Assembly: GCF_964213995.1 (NCBI RefSeq) | Contig: NC_135830.1 | Location: 2,914,001 to 2,978,000, forward strand | DNA from: Mustelus asterias | Lineage: Eukaryota | Direction of reading: 5' to 3' | Length of the DNA: 64,000 nucleotides | Program-made: the position numbers and the translations under genes | The notes under the pieces: generated by a model | Databases searched by the model: none | Seen by the model: the letters and a program-made list of their open reading frames with translations, nothing else | What the model was told of the DNA's origin: nothing | Shown: positions 24,501 to 37,752 of the stretch, piece after piece | Layout of the letters: every line of letters starts with the position of its first letter | Position numbering within the stretch: the stretch's first letter is position 1

Positions 24501-27500
24501 GGATCACTTGGGGGAGCTTAGAGCCTCGGAGTGAGGATGTCCTGGAAGGTGCGGAATCAAATCATTGTCCGGAATAATATTGAGGGGAGGTTTGGTCCGA
24601 TGCGTTAGATGAAGGCAGAAATGTCATTATAGATCATCAACATCAATCTCTGCGGCAAAGTACTTCAACAGTTCCTCACAATTCCTTTTGTAGTGAAGAT
24701 GAAGATTGATAGGGTATTTAAGAGGTTTCTTTGAAGAAGATCATAATGTCCACGGGCGAATTGCATTCTAGAATGTGTCTGAAAAAATGAACAGCTTTGC
24801 CTGGAGGGAATCAAATTCCATAAGATGTTTTTGTGCCCCAGCCAGAACTGGCGTTGAATGATTTTTTTTAAAATGCTACCATTGACATTAGGTGAGAATG
24901 TCTGCTCGCTGAATGGGACACTAAATGTGGACCATACCACGGAGTAAGTTTGGACTGAACAAGAAAATTAACGAGAAAGAATATCAAAGATGGAAGTGAA
25001 AATGTGAGCACTTTAGGAGCTATAAAATTGCGGAGTGAATAGAGAGCCAACATCGAGACAATTGAGAATTTGAAATTCAGAGCAGGTGTTTCCAACCCCG
25101 CACCCCCATCCCATGACCGAATGATGGAAATGATATGCTACCAGACATAGATAGATGTTGCCTGCAAGTTGTTTCCTCTTCTGAGTGAACATTTCACCAC
25201 GGGACAGTTTCAAACTTTGCGTCGCCCTTTTAAGATGGGAATTGTCTTAAGATTTCACTGTTTGCCATCATTCATTTCCAAATAGCTGGAATTATTTCCA
25301 CCAAGAGCAAGAGTTGCATAGAGAATCTAGCACTGTCACTGAACAAAGGAATAAATCAGTCAGTGTGTTAAGCCTCCTCCCATTCCAACTACTGGTCAAT
25401 GTGCTTCTGAATCTTCATGCTTTTTATCCATAGGGTTTGCAATGCTTCCAGTTTTAGGATCACACACAAACATTGAAGAATTGGTATATATAAAATCTAG
25501 AATGCTTTGATTGGGTTCATAGAAGTAATATCCTACTGTAGAGTTCTGCTCATCCAAGAAAGGGAAGAAAACACATTACGGAACTGGTCAGACACTCAGA
25601 AGTTGGACCCTGCTCCACTATTCTGGAAGATCATGGCTGAACTGACTATAATCTTCAACCCATATTCCTGCCTCCGTCTGGTAATCTTTCACCATTTGCG
25701 GTCAATAATCTGTTCAGCTCTGAATTCAGCTTTTTCTTCCACCACCTTCTGTCGAAAAGCTCCAAAGACTCACGAATCTCTCAAAAAATACAACATTATG
25801 TGACCTCTTTGATGAATGGAAAATCCCTTATTTTTTAATCAGGGACCCTTCTTTCTCAATTCCAGAGCACAAATCATAAGGAGTTGAAATTTTAACTTTG
25901 TTTCACACTCCAAGTTGTTGCCAGGCCTGTTGTGTTTATGCAGCATTTTCAATTTTTTTTAAAAATTCCTGATTTCCACCATTTTGACTTTCTTATTACG
26001 ACTAGTTTTGTATTTTACTACAAGAGTAACATCCATCCCGATACATCCTGTCAAGTCCCCTGGGGATCTTAAACATTTCAAGAAAGTTTTATGTTACTCC
26101 TCGTTTCCAATGGCTATAACACTATCTGTCCATTCATTGCTCATCTGATAATCCACCCATTTCTATTATGAATGTTGCAAACTTTCTCTGAACTGATTCT
26201 TCCACATTTATATGTTATTTAAAGAATGAGACTGTTAGTGTACTTACTAATCCAGATGTGGTCTCATGGATGTGCAAAGGAACTGAATTTTATAAATACA
26301 TCATATTGGTATGGTGCAACTAAAATAATTTGCTTATGTTTTTTTTTCCAGTTTTGCGTGCAAGCTGAGCTGACAATTAAATCGGGGGCCAAAATAAGAA
26401 AATACATTTGGTATTGCACAGGAGAGTTATTCACAACCAAATAAATTTAGAGAAGACCACCTGCAATTTGAACAAATTGCTTCCACACACCCGTTCGACG
26501 GGATAAGTCAGATGTGGTGCCTAATTAAGGACATGTGACATTTTATCACTGCTCACCAATGATACAGAAAATTATTTTTGGATTTGGAAAGCAGGATGGA
26601 CAGGTCATTTATTAATCCAGCCTCCAGGAAACCATATCTGTCGACAAAATGAGGGCAAATCTCCTTTCTCATCGGGTTTCAGTTGTTCTTTTTTTTTTTG
26701 TTCAGTTGCAGCAGTGTGATATTTGCAACAATCCTGCTTTTGGCACACACCGTGTCTCAACAGAAGAGTCGACAGGAATCCATGAATCTCCACGAAATTA
26801 ACCCTTAGAAGTGGATTGAAATTCTGAAATTGTAGACTGACAGTATTTGACAGAAATAAGCCACAATTTTTAATTGTCTTTAGTTCAATAAAACGTGAAT
26901 ACCCTATTTTTTCTCGAAAATGTTTGGGACTTTTCATTTTCATTTTCAAATCATTTAGCAAGGATACAATTGTTTTCAATAACATGCATTTTGCAATCAA
27001 AAAATGATCTGCTTTGTTCAGTGACACCGATTAATATTAGTCAGCGCAATTGTTAGTTGTTTCACAGGGTGCATTGCTCTCTCTATAAATAGGAAATGTT
27101 TCAGCGTGTTTTGCCAAGTCTGATTGTGTTGTTCACGTGGAAACAACGGTCATTGAATCGAACAGTCGCTCCAAACATGTTCTGGATTATTCCACTTGAT
27201 CTTCGTATTTTTTGGCTAATTAACGACGTCCAAAGGATTTACTATCCTCTCCTCGCAGTAGTTGGTGTCACTGGTGAGCCATGCTTTTCTGCAGTTATTT
27301 TTATTGCCCAAGTGATCCAGTTATTATTGCTTGAGAAGAGGGAGCTGCTAGTTGGCAGGCAGACTCCGCTGGCTGAAAGCATATAACTTGATTTGAAAAA
27401 GAAGTAGTTGAGACTCGAGCCATCCCATGGAAACACCATCTTTCTGGGTCTAAATTGTGTCTCTGAAAGCAAAGCCACGGAAATGAGTTCCTAACTTCAA

Positions 27501-27793
27501 TAACTTTAATAAGGTCAATGAATGTAAGTTCTGATATTCGTTGTACTCAGATAATCGTGATATGATGATTCTGGGAAAATGCCTATGACTCCCTTGAACG
27601 GTACATTTGTGAGTAGAATGGCAATGTTGATCGGAGCCAGGGACATCGAATTGTGGGTGATATGCAAGCCCTATGTAATGTTCACGATGTTGAAAAAAAT
27701 CCTTCACTTCGTACAGAATTATATGTGATTCTTCGCATAACTAGCTGGTCAATTCATGTTGTGTATTGCCAGTCATGAATAAGGTCGTGGGTG

Positions 27794-27830
27794 TGTGTAC
27801 ATATGTGTGTGTGTGTGTGTGTGTGTGTGT
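27794..27830 (+). repeat. (TG)n microsatellite
   Basis: Direct read. Confidence 0.9.
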
Positions 27831-27949
27831 AGACCTACATCCACAGACAAGATAAGGTATGAAAGAATCACTTCATACATTTCAACTGACATCGTGTTAT
27901 TCATACACAAAGGCAGTAAGTATTTTTGTAACTTTGTTGAGGGGCGAAA

Positions 27950-28310
27950 TGATATATGTTTCCAAAATGATGAGGGGATTGATAGGGAGGACAGTTGGAA
28001 GCTTTTTCCTAGGGCAAAAATGACAATTGCAAGGGGGCAGAAATTCAAATGGGGGGGGGGGGGGGATGTTACAATGGAGATATGCGGGGGAAGTTTTTTA
28101 GACAGAAGGTGGTGAGGACCAGGAATGCGCTGCCAAGTGAGGTGCTTAAGACATACACATTAGCGACATTTAAGACTTACCAGGATAGGCACATGAACAG
28201 ACAGTGAATAGAGGGATATAAGCGCTTGGTCTATGTGGGACAACGTGATCGGCACAGGCTTGGATGGCTGAAGGGACTGTTCCTGTGCTGTACTGTTCTT
28301 TGTTCTTTGT
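27950..28310 (+). mobile_element. CR1 LINE 3' fragment
   Basis: GIDREDSWKLFP..RGQKFK motif and tail. Confidence 0.75.
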
Positions 28311-28939
28311 ATTTTGAACCAGACTGTGCGATCCTCCGAAGCTACTTGTTCAATGATTATTTGGGTCCGATTTTGAATTATATACATGTTCTTCATTTAA
28401 TCACACTTTTTATTGTTGACTTTTCTGGTCCCTTTGTCAGGTTTATAGTTGTGGAAAGTCTTTGTTGGGCTTGAGGCATCACAGCGCTGCTCAACACTCG
28501 GCATGACATTTTTTGTGTTAACGTGAATAAGAATCATTTTAAATGTTAACTTGAGAAAGACAGATGTAAGTACTTTTCTAATTCTCTACAGTTGTACATA
28601 ATGCTTTAATTGCATCAGATATATTATATATATATACATATATATATAATATATACATAACGATATTTTTCGCATCTTTGCAATCCAATACCAATTTGTA
28701 AGTACCGAACTATTGACGTCCTGGGTTCACACGATCTGTCTGATTCGCCCTATGTGGAATCGGCACTCTATAAGCTAGAATAGATATCTACTGAATATTG
28801 TGAAACAAGTCTATGGCAAATGTGAGGAATAGGTTAAGTGGGGTATCACATCCATTCACCTGGCAATGCTGTTCGACCGTCATAAAGTATTTGGAAGAGC
28901 TGAGATCAACAACATAACCATGACAAGGGGGCGAATTGA

Positions 28940-29490
28940 AGAGATTGAGATGTGACTGATGTCGTTATTCCCTTTATATATTGAGATGTAAACGATGTTA
29001 TTATTCCAATGCCACATATTCTAATGCCACTTATTGTGATGTGATGGTTGCTGTTAAATTTTAATACCACAAATTCTAAAGCCACATTTGGGATGTGACC
29101 AACATTGTAATTCTAATGCCACATATTGGGATGTTGTCGATGTTGGTGTTATAATACCACATATTTTGATGCCTCATGTTGGGATGTGATTGATGTTGTA
29201 ATTCTAATATCACATATTGAGATGTGATTGACGCCGCTGATCTAGTGCTGAATATTGTGAACTTATCAAAGTTGTTCTTCGAATGTCACATATTGAGATG
29301 TGATCGATCCCGATATTCCGATGCTATATATTGAGATGGGATCTATGATGTTATTCTACTACTACCTCATATTCTAATACCAATATGCGATTTGATCAAT
29401 GTTGTTATTCAGATGTCAGATATTGAGATAAAACCAGTGTTGTTATAGTGAATCATACGTGTGGCTCCTGAGATGTATTGCGATTCAACA
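28940..29490 (+). repeat. Degenerate minisatellite, unit about 35-38 bp
   Basis: Recurring CCACATATTGAGATGTGATCGATGTTGTTATTCTAATG-like unit, over ten copies, inside the GPCR copy-1 intron. Confidence 0.85.
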
Positions 29491-31439
29491 TCAGGTATAG
29501 GTGAAATTAAGTGATCAAAATTAGAAATGGTCTAAGACTTGTAAACAAACAGTTTGTTCTTCAAACTCATCCAACACTAACAGATATGATTTTTCTGCGT
29601 GTTCAAGGGGAATCAGACGCTCAACAATATCCTGCTACAGATCAATGCACTTGGGTCTGTCATTAATGAATTGATTCAATGGATCTTCCAACTGATGTCG
29701 GCAATCGCCGAAGATCACGTTAATGAAACAAGGAAGCATATCTAACAACTGCCTTGTGACATTTTGCTGTATATATGTCTTTATTCCAAGGTCACTTTTC
29801 CTCCTCTGTCTCACTAATGTTGTTAATTTCCTCCCACTATTGATCCCTGCTTTCTGAACACTGCCTCTCACCTGAGGCATGGTGACATTCAGGTAAGATG
29901 AGACCCAGTCAGCTCTCCCTCTCAAAGGGTAGAACAGCCTATGATAATCTAGAACCATGAGGACTTGTCTTTATCTTATCTGAAGCAGAAAAAGTAAATC
30001 CATTCTGACGCTGAATCTGCAGCTGTTCCCCAGAAACCTGACAGACCGCTGCTCCTGTTCTCAGTTTGAAATATAAGTTAATTGTGTCTCCCTCCCTTAC
30101 AGTGAACTTATTGACGATTCTCATCTTGTCTCGAGGAAGGTGCAGACTTTCCAAATGTGCCATATGTTACCTGATTTCCATGTCAGCAGCGGATCTCGTG
30201 CTCCTTGTCATCGATCTCTGGTTGAGGCAAATTCCGATACTTTTCAGAGCTAATTTTGGGTTCATCTATCACATTAAAGTGTGTAATATCCATGCCGTCC
30301 TGCTTTACGCAGTCACTGATTGTTCTGTCTAGTTCACTGTCATTTTCACCTTTGATCGATTCGTGGCCATTACTTGCCAGAAGTTGAAAATAAAATACTG
30401 CACCAAGGAAATGGTAGCTGTAGTTCTGGGAACAGTGAGTGTGCTGTTCAGTGTAAAGAGCATTTTCTGGTGCTTTGTGAACGGGGATACGTATTGGCTC
30501 AGCAATAGTCATTGGTCTTGTACTGTAAAAGACAAAGTCATTTCTTCACTGGTGTGAGAAGCAGTTGGAAAGCCACATTATATTTCACCCCCGTTTGTTC
30601 CTTTCTTGTTAATTCTGTTGCTCAATGGTTTAACTGTTAAACACATTCTAGTTTCACAGTCGACTTCTGACTCACAAGGTTGGGTCCAGTTGACCCAGAG
30701 ATCATGAAGCGAAGAAAATCCAGCATCTTACTGTTTGCTCTGTTGGGAAATATGTTCCTGTTATGGTCACTATTCCTGTTCTATTGTTTTTGTAGCCGAT
30801 TGTATAATTTGAAATTATTTCCTTTTTCTGTTCCCCTATATGTACAGGAACTGAGATTTATGCTCCAACTCCTGAACTGCTGCACCAACATATGCATTTA
30901 TGCAGTGACACAGACACAATTCAGAGAGGATCTGAAGAATGTAGTGAAAGTTCAATTTACTGGAATTGTGAAATTCATTAAACAGTGATCCCGATATTTC
31001 ATCATCACAGCTTGTTGCTTAGATGTTCTAAAGGAAATCGTATCTAAGCGAGACACACACGCGAGGTAGCTTTTGCTTTTGCTCTCGCGACCAAGTGATT
31101 TGCAGAAATTCTAGTAACAGAATGGCAAAGGTGCAGTTCCATTGTATAAGTCTGGATTTACATTAGGTAAACCTATTGATACAGCGTGGAATGGTGAGAT
31201 GAAGGAAATGAATAGAGTGTCATCGTGTTAACTTGGGGGTGGAGCTTAGTGATTGCAGCATTCAACTCCTTCTCCAGCACAACTCTTCCTCAAAGATAGC
31301 AGCTGCGACCCTGTACCCTATGCCCAGCCCCCACAGCACATTTCTAATCTGCTTTTGGCACACTTGTATCCGGAAACTACAAGTTGTTCAAGCAAAAGAT
31401 GTTTGGGCATCTGACATTGAACTTGAAATTACACTTGTT

Positions 31440-32275
31440 CATTGTTAAAGATTCTCTTAAGCTTAACACGCAGGTTCAGTCGGCAGTTAGGAAGGCAAAT
31501 GCAATGTTAGCATTCATGTCGAGAGAGCTAGAATACAAGAGCAGGGATGTACTTCTGAGGCTGTATAAGGCGCTGATCATACCCTATTTGGAACATTGTG
31601 AGCAGCGTTGGGCCCCACATCTAAGGCAGGATGTGTTGGCCTTAGAAAGGGTCCAGAAGAGGTTCACAAGAATATTCCCTGGAATGAAGAGCTTGTGGTA
31701 TGAGGAACGGTTGAGGATTCTGGGTCATTATTGTTCGAGTTCAGAAGGAATAGGGGGGATCTTATTGAAACTTACAGGATACTGCGAGGCCTCGATAGAA
31801 TGGGCGTGGAGATGATGTTTCCACGAATAGGGAAAAACTAGAATCAGAGGGCACAACCTCAGGCTAAAGGGATGATCCCTTAAAACACAGATGAGGAGAA
31901 ATATCTTCAGCCAGATAGTGGTGAATCTGTGGAACTATTTGTCGCAGAAGGCTGTGGAGGCCAGTTCATTGAGTGTATTTAAGACAGAGACAGATAGGTT
32001 CTTGATTAATAAGGGGATCAGGGGTTATGGCGAAAAGGCAATAGAATGGGGAATGCGAAACATATAAAGAACAAAGAACAAAGAACAGTACAGCACAGGA
32101 AACAGGCCCTTCGGCCCTCCAAGCCTGTGCCGCTCCTTGGTCCAACTAGACCAATCGTTTGTATCCCTCCATTCCCAGGCTGCTCATGTGACTATCAGCC
32201 ATGATTGAATGGCAGAGCAGACTCGATGGGCCGAGTGGCCTAGTTCTGTTCCTATGTCTTATGCTCTTATGGTCT
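31440..32275 (+). mobile_element. CR1 LINE 3' portion with nested antisense CR1 tail (~32065-32195)
   Basis: KANAMLAFMSRELEYKS..LYKAL..LEHC..LERVQKRFTR. Confidence 0.88.
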
Positions 32276-32444
32276 TGGAGGTGGACACGACTCACATGCA
32301 GGCCAGACAGGATAAGGACGGCCAATGTCATTCCTTAAATCGCAATAGTGAATGAGTTTCGATTTCATAAGATAATTTGCGATTTACCGTCACTGAGATT
32401 AACTTTCAATTCCAGGTTGTATTAATGTGGTGACGAATGAAAAT

Positions 32445-32970
32445 CATAGAATCATGGAAGCATAGAATCCTTACAATGCAGATGGAGGCCATTCGGCCCA
32501 TCAGCTCTGCGCCGACGACAATCCCACCCTGGCCCTATCCCATAATCCGGCTGATTTACCCTCTTGACCCCTCACAATAAGGGGCAATTTTGCATGGCCA
32601 ATCAACCCAAGCCGCAAATCTTTGGGCTGTGGGAAGAAAGCGGAGCACCCGGAGGAAACCCACGCAGACACAGGGAGAACATGCAAAGGATATTGAGTGA
32701 TAAGTCAAGAATAATTGATCAAAAATAAGTGGAGTTTGCACTTTCTCCCCTGTCTGCGTGTGTTAACTCCATGTGCTCCGATTCCGTCCCACAGTCCAAA
32801 GAAAAGCAGGTTCGGTAGATTGGCTCTAAATTCACCCTCGTGTCAGGGGGATTAGCATGGTTAATGTGTGGGGTTACGGGAATAGGCCCTGGATAGGATT
32901 CTGGGCGGTGCAGACTCTATGGGCCGAATGGCCTCCTTCTGCACTGTCGGGATTCTATGATTCTATGAAT
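32445..32970. mobile_element. Inverted head-to-head pair of 5'-truncated V-SINEs
   Basis: Minus copy ~32445-32687 and plus copy ~32729-32970, separated by a ~45 bp spacer. Confidence 0.8.
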
Positions 32971-34226
32971 TAATATGCTGATTTCAAACATCAGTGACTG
33001 TTTGAACAGAAGAGGCAGCTCAAGAGGAAAAAGGCAACGAATTTTATTCAACTTGTGCAGGACAATTTTCCAACTCATTGTGGAAAATAAAACAGGAAGT
33101 CAGAGATCCCAAGGGCGGGACTACTGGGTTGGTCAGATCCTGGTGATAAATGATGTCCCCGTGATTGAGAGGTGTAAGCATATCTCTGGGTTTGGGAAGA
33201 TCCAGAGGGAGCGTGTCATCCTGTTTGCATCGAGCAGTCTGGGAGCATTTGCAATCAGAGAAATCTGGTGAGTGGGCCAGTTGCTCTCTGAAAGGAAGTT
33301 TGGGGAGGTCATAGAGGGCGGGTGGTCCGGGGGTTGGTGTGTTGGCTATCCAGCAGTGTCCTTTTATTGTTATTCATTAGTAGTACATGGGCGTCGCTGG
33401 TTGGCCAACATTTATTTTTCATTCCTCGTTGCCCGAGGGCAGTTGAGAGTCAACCATATTGCTGTGGTCTGAAGTCAGATGTCGGCCAGATCAGGTAAAA
33501 ACAGCAGTTTTCCTTCCTAAAGGACATCAGTGAACCAGCTGGGTTTTTCTGACAATCGACGACGGTTCCATGGTGATCAGTAGATTCTTAATTCCAGACT
33601 TTTTTTATTGAATTCAAATTGGATTCGTACCCGGTTCCCCAGAACATTAGCTGAGTTTCTGGATTAATAGTCCAGCAATACTACCTGAAGGCCATCGCCT
33701 GCCCTCATGTTGCCAGTCGGAGTGATCGGGGCGTTTGGATTTCTTGCTGTCGGGAGTGCGCCTGGTGTCCTGGGTCTTGTGAAACGGCCTGTTCGTCAGA
33801 TACTCTAAGAGGGTTGTGCAGACACGTGGTGGTTTTGGTGATTGAAGTCGGTTGTTCAGTAAAGGTGTCACGTTGACCTTTTTTCAGGTTGGTCTGTGGA
33901 GCTCTTTCAGTGGTCCTGAGGGTACAGCGTGGTTTGGAGTTAGTCGTGTGAACCCAGCTGCCCATTGGAAATTTGAACTTCCTGGGGATTTGCTGTACAA
34001 TCCTTCCCTGGCAATTATCTTGGAGGGGGCAGGTTCCAGGCCACAGTTGGGGTGCACAACACACACACTGCCCACGAGCCAGGATGTAAGTGGCCCATGT
34101 GTGTTTTTGTTTAGATTAGAAAGAGAAGGACACATAACGGTTCAAATTCACAAGAGTAAATTGGGACCCTCTTACAACAAAGGGAGAGCAGAAGATTTGA
34201 GAGTAATGTATTAACAATATTGGCAA

Positions 34227-34907
34227 TGAAGTCGGGAATGGGTTAATGAACTTTGTCACACTTAAGCATTAAGGCCCGAACTCTGTGATTTTGTTGAGAA
34301 CACTGCAGAGTTCATGTTTTCGTCAGAGTTCGGTGTTTTTCATGTCTGTACCAGGTAAGAGGAACAGCTATTTTTTGCTGTCTCCACTGTTATTCAGAAA
34401 TGCGATTAACCCAGCTTGAAATAAGCTAAACAGTCTCCATTTTCATGTACCTTTGCTTAACACGATGGAGTTGACATGTATGCCTTCTGTCTTTGTATAA
34501 CCATAGATTCATATATATATATATATTCATCATACGTTATTCATCTTATCCTGATATAAAGTATTATACAAACTTGTATGTATATTAGTTAACTTGTTTG
34601 TGCGAAACCTGTGATGTTGTTTCAAGGATATAAATGACGAACAATCGTGGCCTTGGAGATCGAACAAACTACGCAGAGGAAGATACTGCTAATACAACAC
34701 GAATCTCACCATGAACAATGACAGACATCTTAGAGAATTACAATGTAATGAGGGCGGGGCCCGGGACATATATAAACTCTGTTCTTACTTGTGTTCGATG
34801 AGAAGGCTGGGGGTCCACTGTTAGGAACGTCACTTCTCCCACAATTGTGAAAATAAACACTGCATTTTGAACCACTAATAGTGTCAGAGGTTTTTTTACC
34901 TACAACA
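34227..34907 (+). repeat. 5' LTR (681 bp)
   Basis: TGAAGTCGGG..CTACAACA. GC box and TATA at ~34752-34776, AATAAA at 34852-34857, internal (TA)n. Confidence 0.97.
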
Positions 34908-34909
34908 AT

Positions 34910-34927
34910 TGGGGGCTCGTCCGGGAT
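34910..34927 (+). promoter_or_regulatory. Primer binding site, tRNA-Pro
   Basis: TGGGGGCTCGTCCGGGAT, the canonical 18-nt PBS-Pro, 2 nt after the LTR. Confidence 0.95.
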
Positions 34928-35295
34928 AATCTGTTTACAGTCCGGTCGAATGGCCACGACCGGGACACCGGAATAGATTATCGAACTCTAAATAGAGTGG
35001 GTCAAAATGCAGTGGGTAATCATCTGTGATAAGAGTGTGTGATGTTTAGACGTGAGTGAGATAGAGACTGTCTGAGTGATTGCCGGAGTTTGAAGGAAAA
35101 GCCTTCATGTGTAAGAGTTAGAAGGAAAAGGCTTCTGAGGAGAAGCCGGCTTAAAAAATAGTATAAGCGGTGGTACGGAGGGCTCTGATCAACCCTTACA
35201 GGGATCACCGGACTCCGATAAGAGCGACCTGGGAGGGGGAGAGCGAGAAGGGAGAATAAGTCACTCCAGGTGGTGAGTATGAACTTATCAGTGTT

Positions 35296-36500
35296 ATGGC
35301 CGGATAAAGACAGTGGGGACCCCCTGGGTCCCTAATAAATGAATTTATGACTAAGAGGGACAGACTCATAAAACAGATGATAAAAGGGGGATGGGATTTA
35401 GACCATGCACTAGACCAACAACGAAAATGGTTGGAAAAGGAAAAGAAAAAGAAAACTAAAAAAATTGGAGTTCTCTTAGTTCATCAATTGGCTGGATTAA
35501 TTGAACAGGTTTCAGTCTCGGGTAAGAAATGGGCTGATGTCAAAGAAAAAATTAAAATGTTAATCAACAAAGGGGTGAAAGAGCCTCCAAATTTGGGGAG
35601 CGACTCTTTAGAATATACCAAGAATATTGGGGAGTACCCGAAACTGCCGAACAGATAGAGCCTTTTTTACAAGCATTTAAAGACGGGCATCTGGAATTAG
35701 AGATGGACCAGATGAGAAACCATACCTACAAATATAACAGGAAAATGTTAGTGCAAACAGTGGAGGAGCTAAACCAAGGGGTGCGTGCCATAATTGTAGG
35801 AAACTGGGTCACTTTGTCAGGCACTGTAGGGCTCCAAAGGGTGGTAGTGAAGTCTGCAAAATGGCAGATAATGAAGTAACGAGGGGAACTGCAGGTCCCC
35901 TCATTGACGTGTACTTATCAAAGAAAAAAGCATTAATAAAGAGGATGCAAAAGGATGGCTGGGATACGTCTCAGACCTTAGAGTAGCAGAAAACGTGGAT
36001 ATATAAAGAAAAGAGAAACGAGGCAAAGAAGATCGGAGTATTGTTAATGCATCAGTTAGCTGGACTAATTGAGCAAGATAGAAAAAAGATTAGAGAACTA
36101 GAATTCAGAATAAGAGAATTGGAGAAACAAAACCAAGTCTTCGGAGAAAAACAATAGAGAGAGGAAACTGTTCCTCTACCTCCTAATGAGTCCACACAGG
36201 GACCACCCGCTCCACCTGAGGAGTGGGAAGTGCTAGAATGCAACTCAGCACCAGTAACCCGGAGGGGAACTGGGGGTGCAAGGCCAACAGCAAAATTATA
36301 AACCCGTCACCCAGTGTAAAACAGAAATTCAGAGAGTATTAGGGAATGCTCCCACTTATTGGAGCAGAATTACCTCAATAAAACAATTAAGAAGCGGGAT
36401 CAGTGAATGTGACAATCAAAGGAAAGATAAAGATGTATCTGGCTTGCCAATGTTGTTCCAAAATCCCGATACGAATGAACAGGAGTGGTGGAATTGACCC
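35296..36500 (+). pseudogene. gag: ERV gag-region remnants with a duplicated N-terminal domain
   Basis: Two related basic/helical ORF segments, from ATG 35296 and ATG 35861, both containing KKIGVLLxHQLAGLIEQ. Then a coiled coil and a Pro-rich PPAPP segment. Stops are present. The gag call rests on position after the PBS and a GGTGAGTA donor at ~35273. Confidence 0.65.
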
Positions 36501-36518
36501 AGTGTAGATAATCACCAG

Positions 36519-37752
36519 ATGGCACTATACTCAGTCCTGAAACACTTAGAAGAACAGGGACTAAAGGCGAGCCCCAGGAAGGCCCAAATAGGGAAAGCGC
36601 AGGTGTTATATTTGGGACACCTGATATCCCTGGGGACCAAAGAAATGCCATTGGACAGGAAAACAGCCATTCAGCAAATGCCAAGACCAGTAACCGTCCA
36701 AGGGGTAAGGAAGGTTTTGGGGTTGTGTAATTACAGCCGCAACTTTATACCAGAATTCGCAAGGCTAGCTGAACCAATAGAAAGGCTAGTAAAAGGGGGG
36801 AAACCCGCTCTAGAAGTTATAGAATGGGGATCAGAACAGGAAAGGGCATATGGTAAACTGAAAGTAGAACTAATGAAGGCTCCAGGACTTGGGCTGCCTG
36901 ACGCTAGTAAAGATTTTCATATCTATTGTAATAATGAAGGGGGGTTTTATTCGGCAGTAGTCACACAGGTCCATGGGGACAAACAGCGACCCGTGGGTTA
37001 TTATTCCACAGCGGAGGGCCCCGTAGTAACCGGGTTACCCACATGTATAGCCGCACTAGATTGCGCGGCATGGGCAGTAAAGGTCAGCGAGCCCATTGTC
37101 ATGACGGGGAGGGAATATTGTTTCACGCACCAAACATACCTTGGTGGAAATGCTGAACACAGGAAAATTGCGGTCTGTCTCAAACATGAGAAGGGCGAAG
37201 TGGGAGGCAGTGCTTCCCCCACCCACTAAGTCCATCACCATTGTACGAGACATGGGAATGAACCCCGCAGAAGGAATGTTAGGCGAAGGGTCTCCCCACT
37301 CATGTGGGGACGTAGACGAAGAGGTAGAAGAGAGTAGAATAAAAGATGTGCCCCTGGAGGCAACAGATTTGGTCCTGTTTGTGGATGGATCACGGAAATA
37401 TGCAGATGTAGGCCCAATACTGGACAGGATTAGACGATATGTATCAGAGTTAAGCTCCCAATTAAAAGATATGCGGAAAACAGTACGGGACAAACAAATA
37501 GTGATAGATGAGCACAATAAACTAGAACAGACCCCAGAGGTACCCCCGGCGGGCAGCAAGGTTATGGTAAAAACACTACCAGGAAAACCTGGATTTGCCC
37601 CCAAATGGAAAGGCCCCTATGAGGTCATTATCAGTGGAGACACCTGTGCCTGCATAGATATGCAAAGTAGGGGTGTCTTGAAGCATTGGACTCAGTTAAA
37701 GGAATACACCTATTACCGCAACAAAACAGTTAAAAGGGGAATAAAGGGTTAA
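36519..37752 (+). pseudogene. pol: Deleted pol: RT C-terminus/tether, RNase H start fused to integrase tail
   Basis: LKASPRKAQ..VLYLGHLIS..VRKVLGLCNYSRNFIPEFARLAEP..LMKAPGLGLPD..RPVGYYS. Frameshift near 37110-37140. LFVDGSR is then joined to the integrase C-terminus with FAPKWKGPYEV. Confidence 0.9.

Larger units (their letters stand above)
27096..30988 (+). pseudogene. GPR139-like class A GPCR pseudogene, copy 1 (two exons)
   Basis: Exon 1 ends ..VQRIYYPLLAVVGVT G|GTGAG at 27273 (start uncertain: 27096 or 27177). Exon 2 from 30103: VNLLTILILSRGRCRLSKC..AADL..TFDRFVAI..CCTNICIYAVTQTQFRE. In-frame stops at 30330 (TAG) and 30555 (TGA), and a frame change near 30650-30680. Confidence 0.85.

Noticed and set aside
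28940-29490. CRISPR-like array
   Set aside because: Eukaryotic DNA with degenerate head-to-tail units and no unique spacers.
33000-34200. Overlapping ORFs upstream of the ERV
   Set aside because: No recognisable protein motif. Probably an old repeat interrupted by a SINE, which I could not classify.
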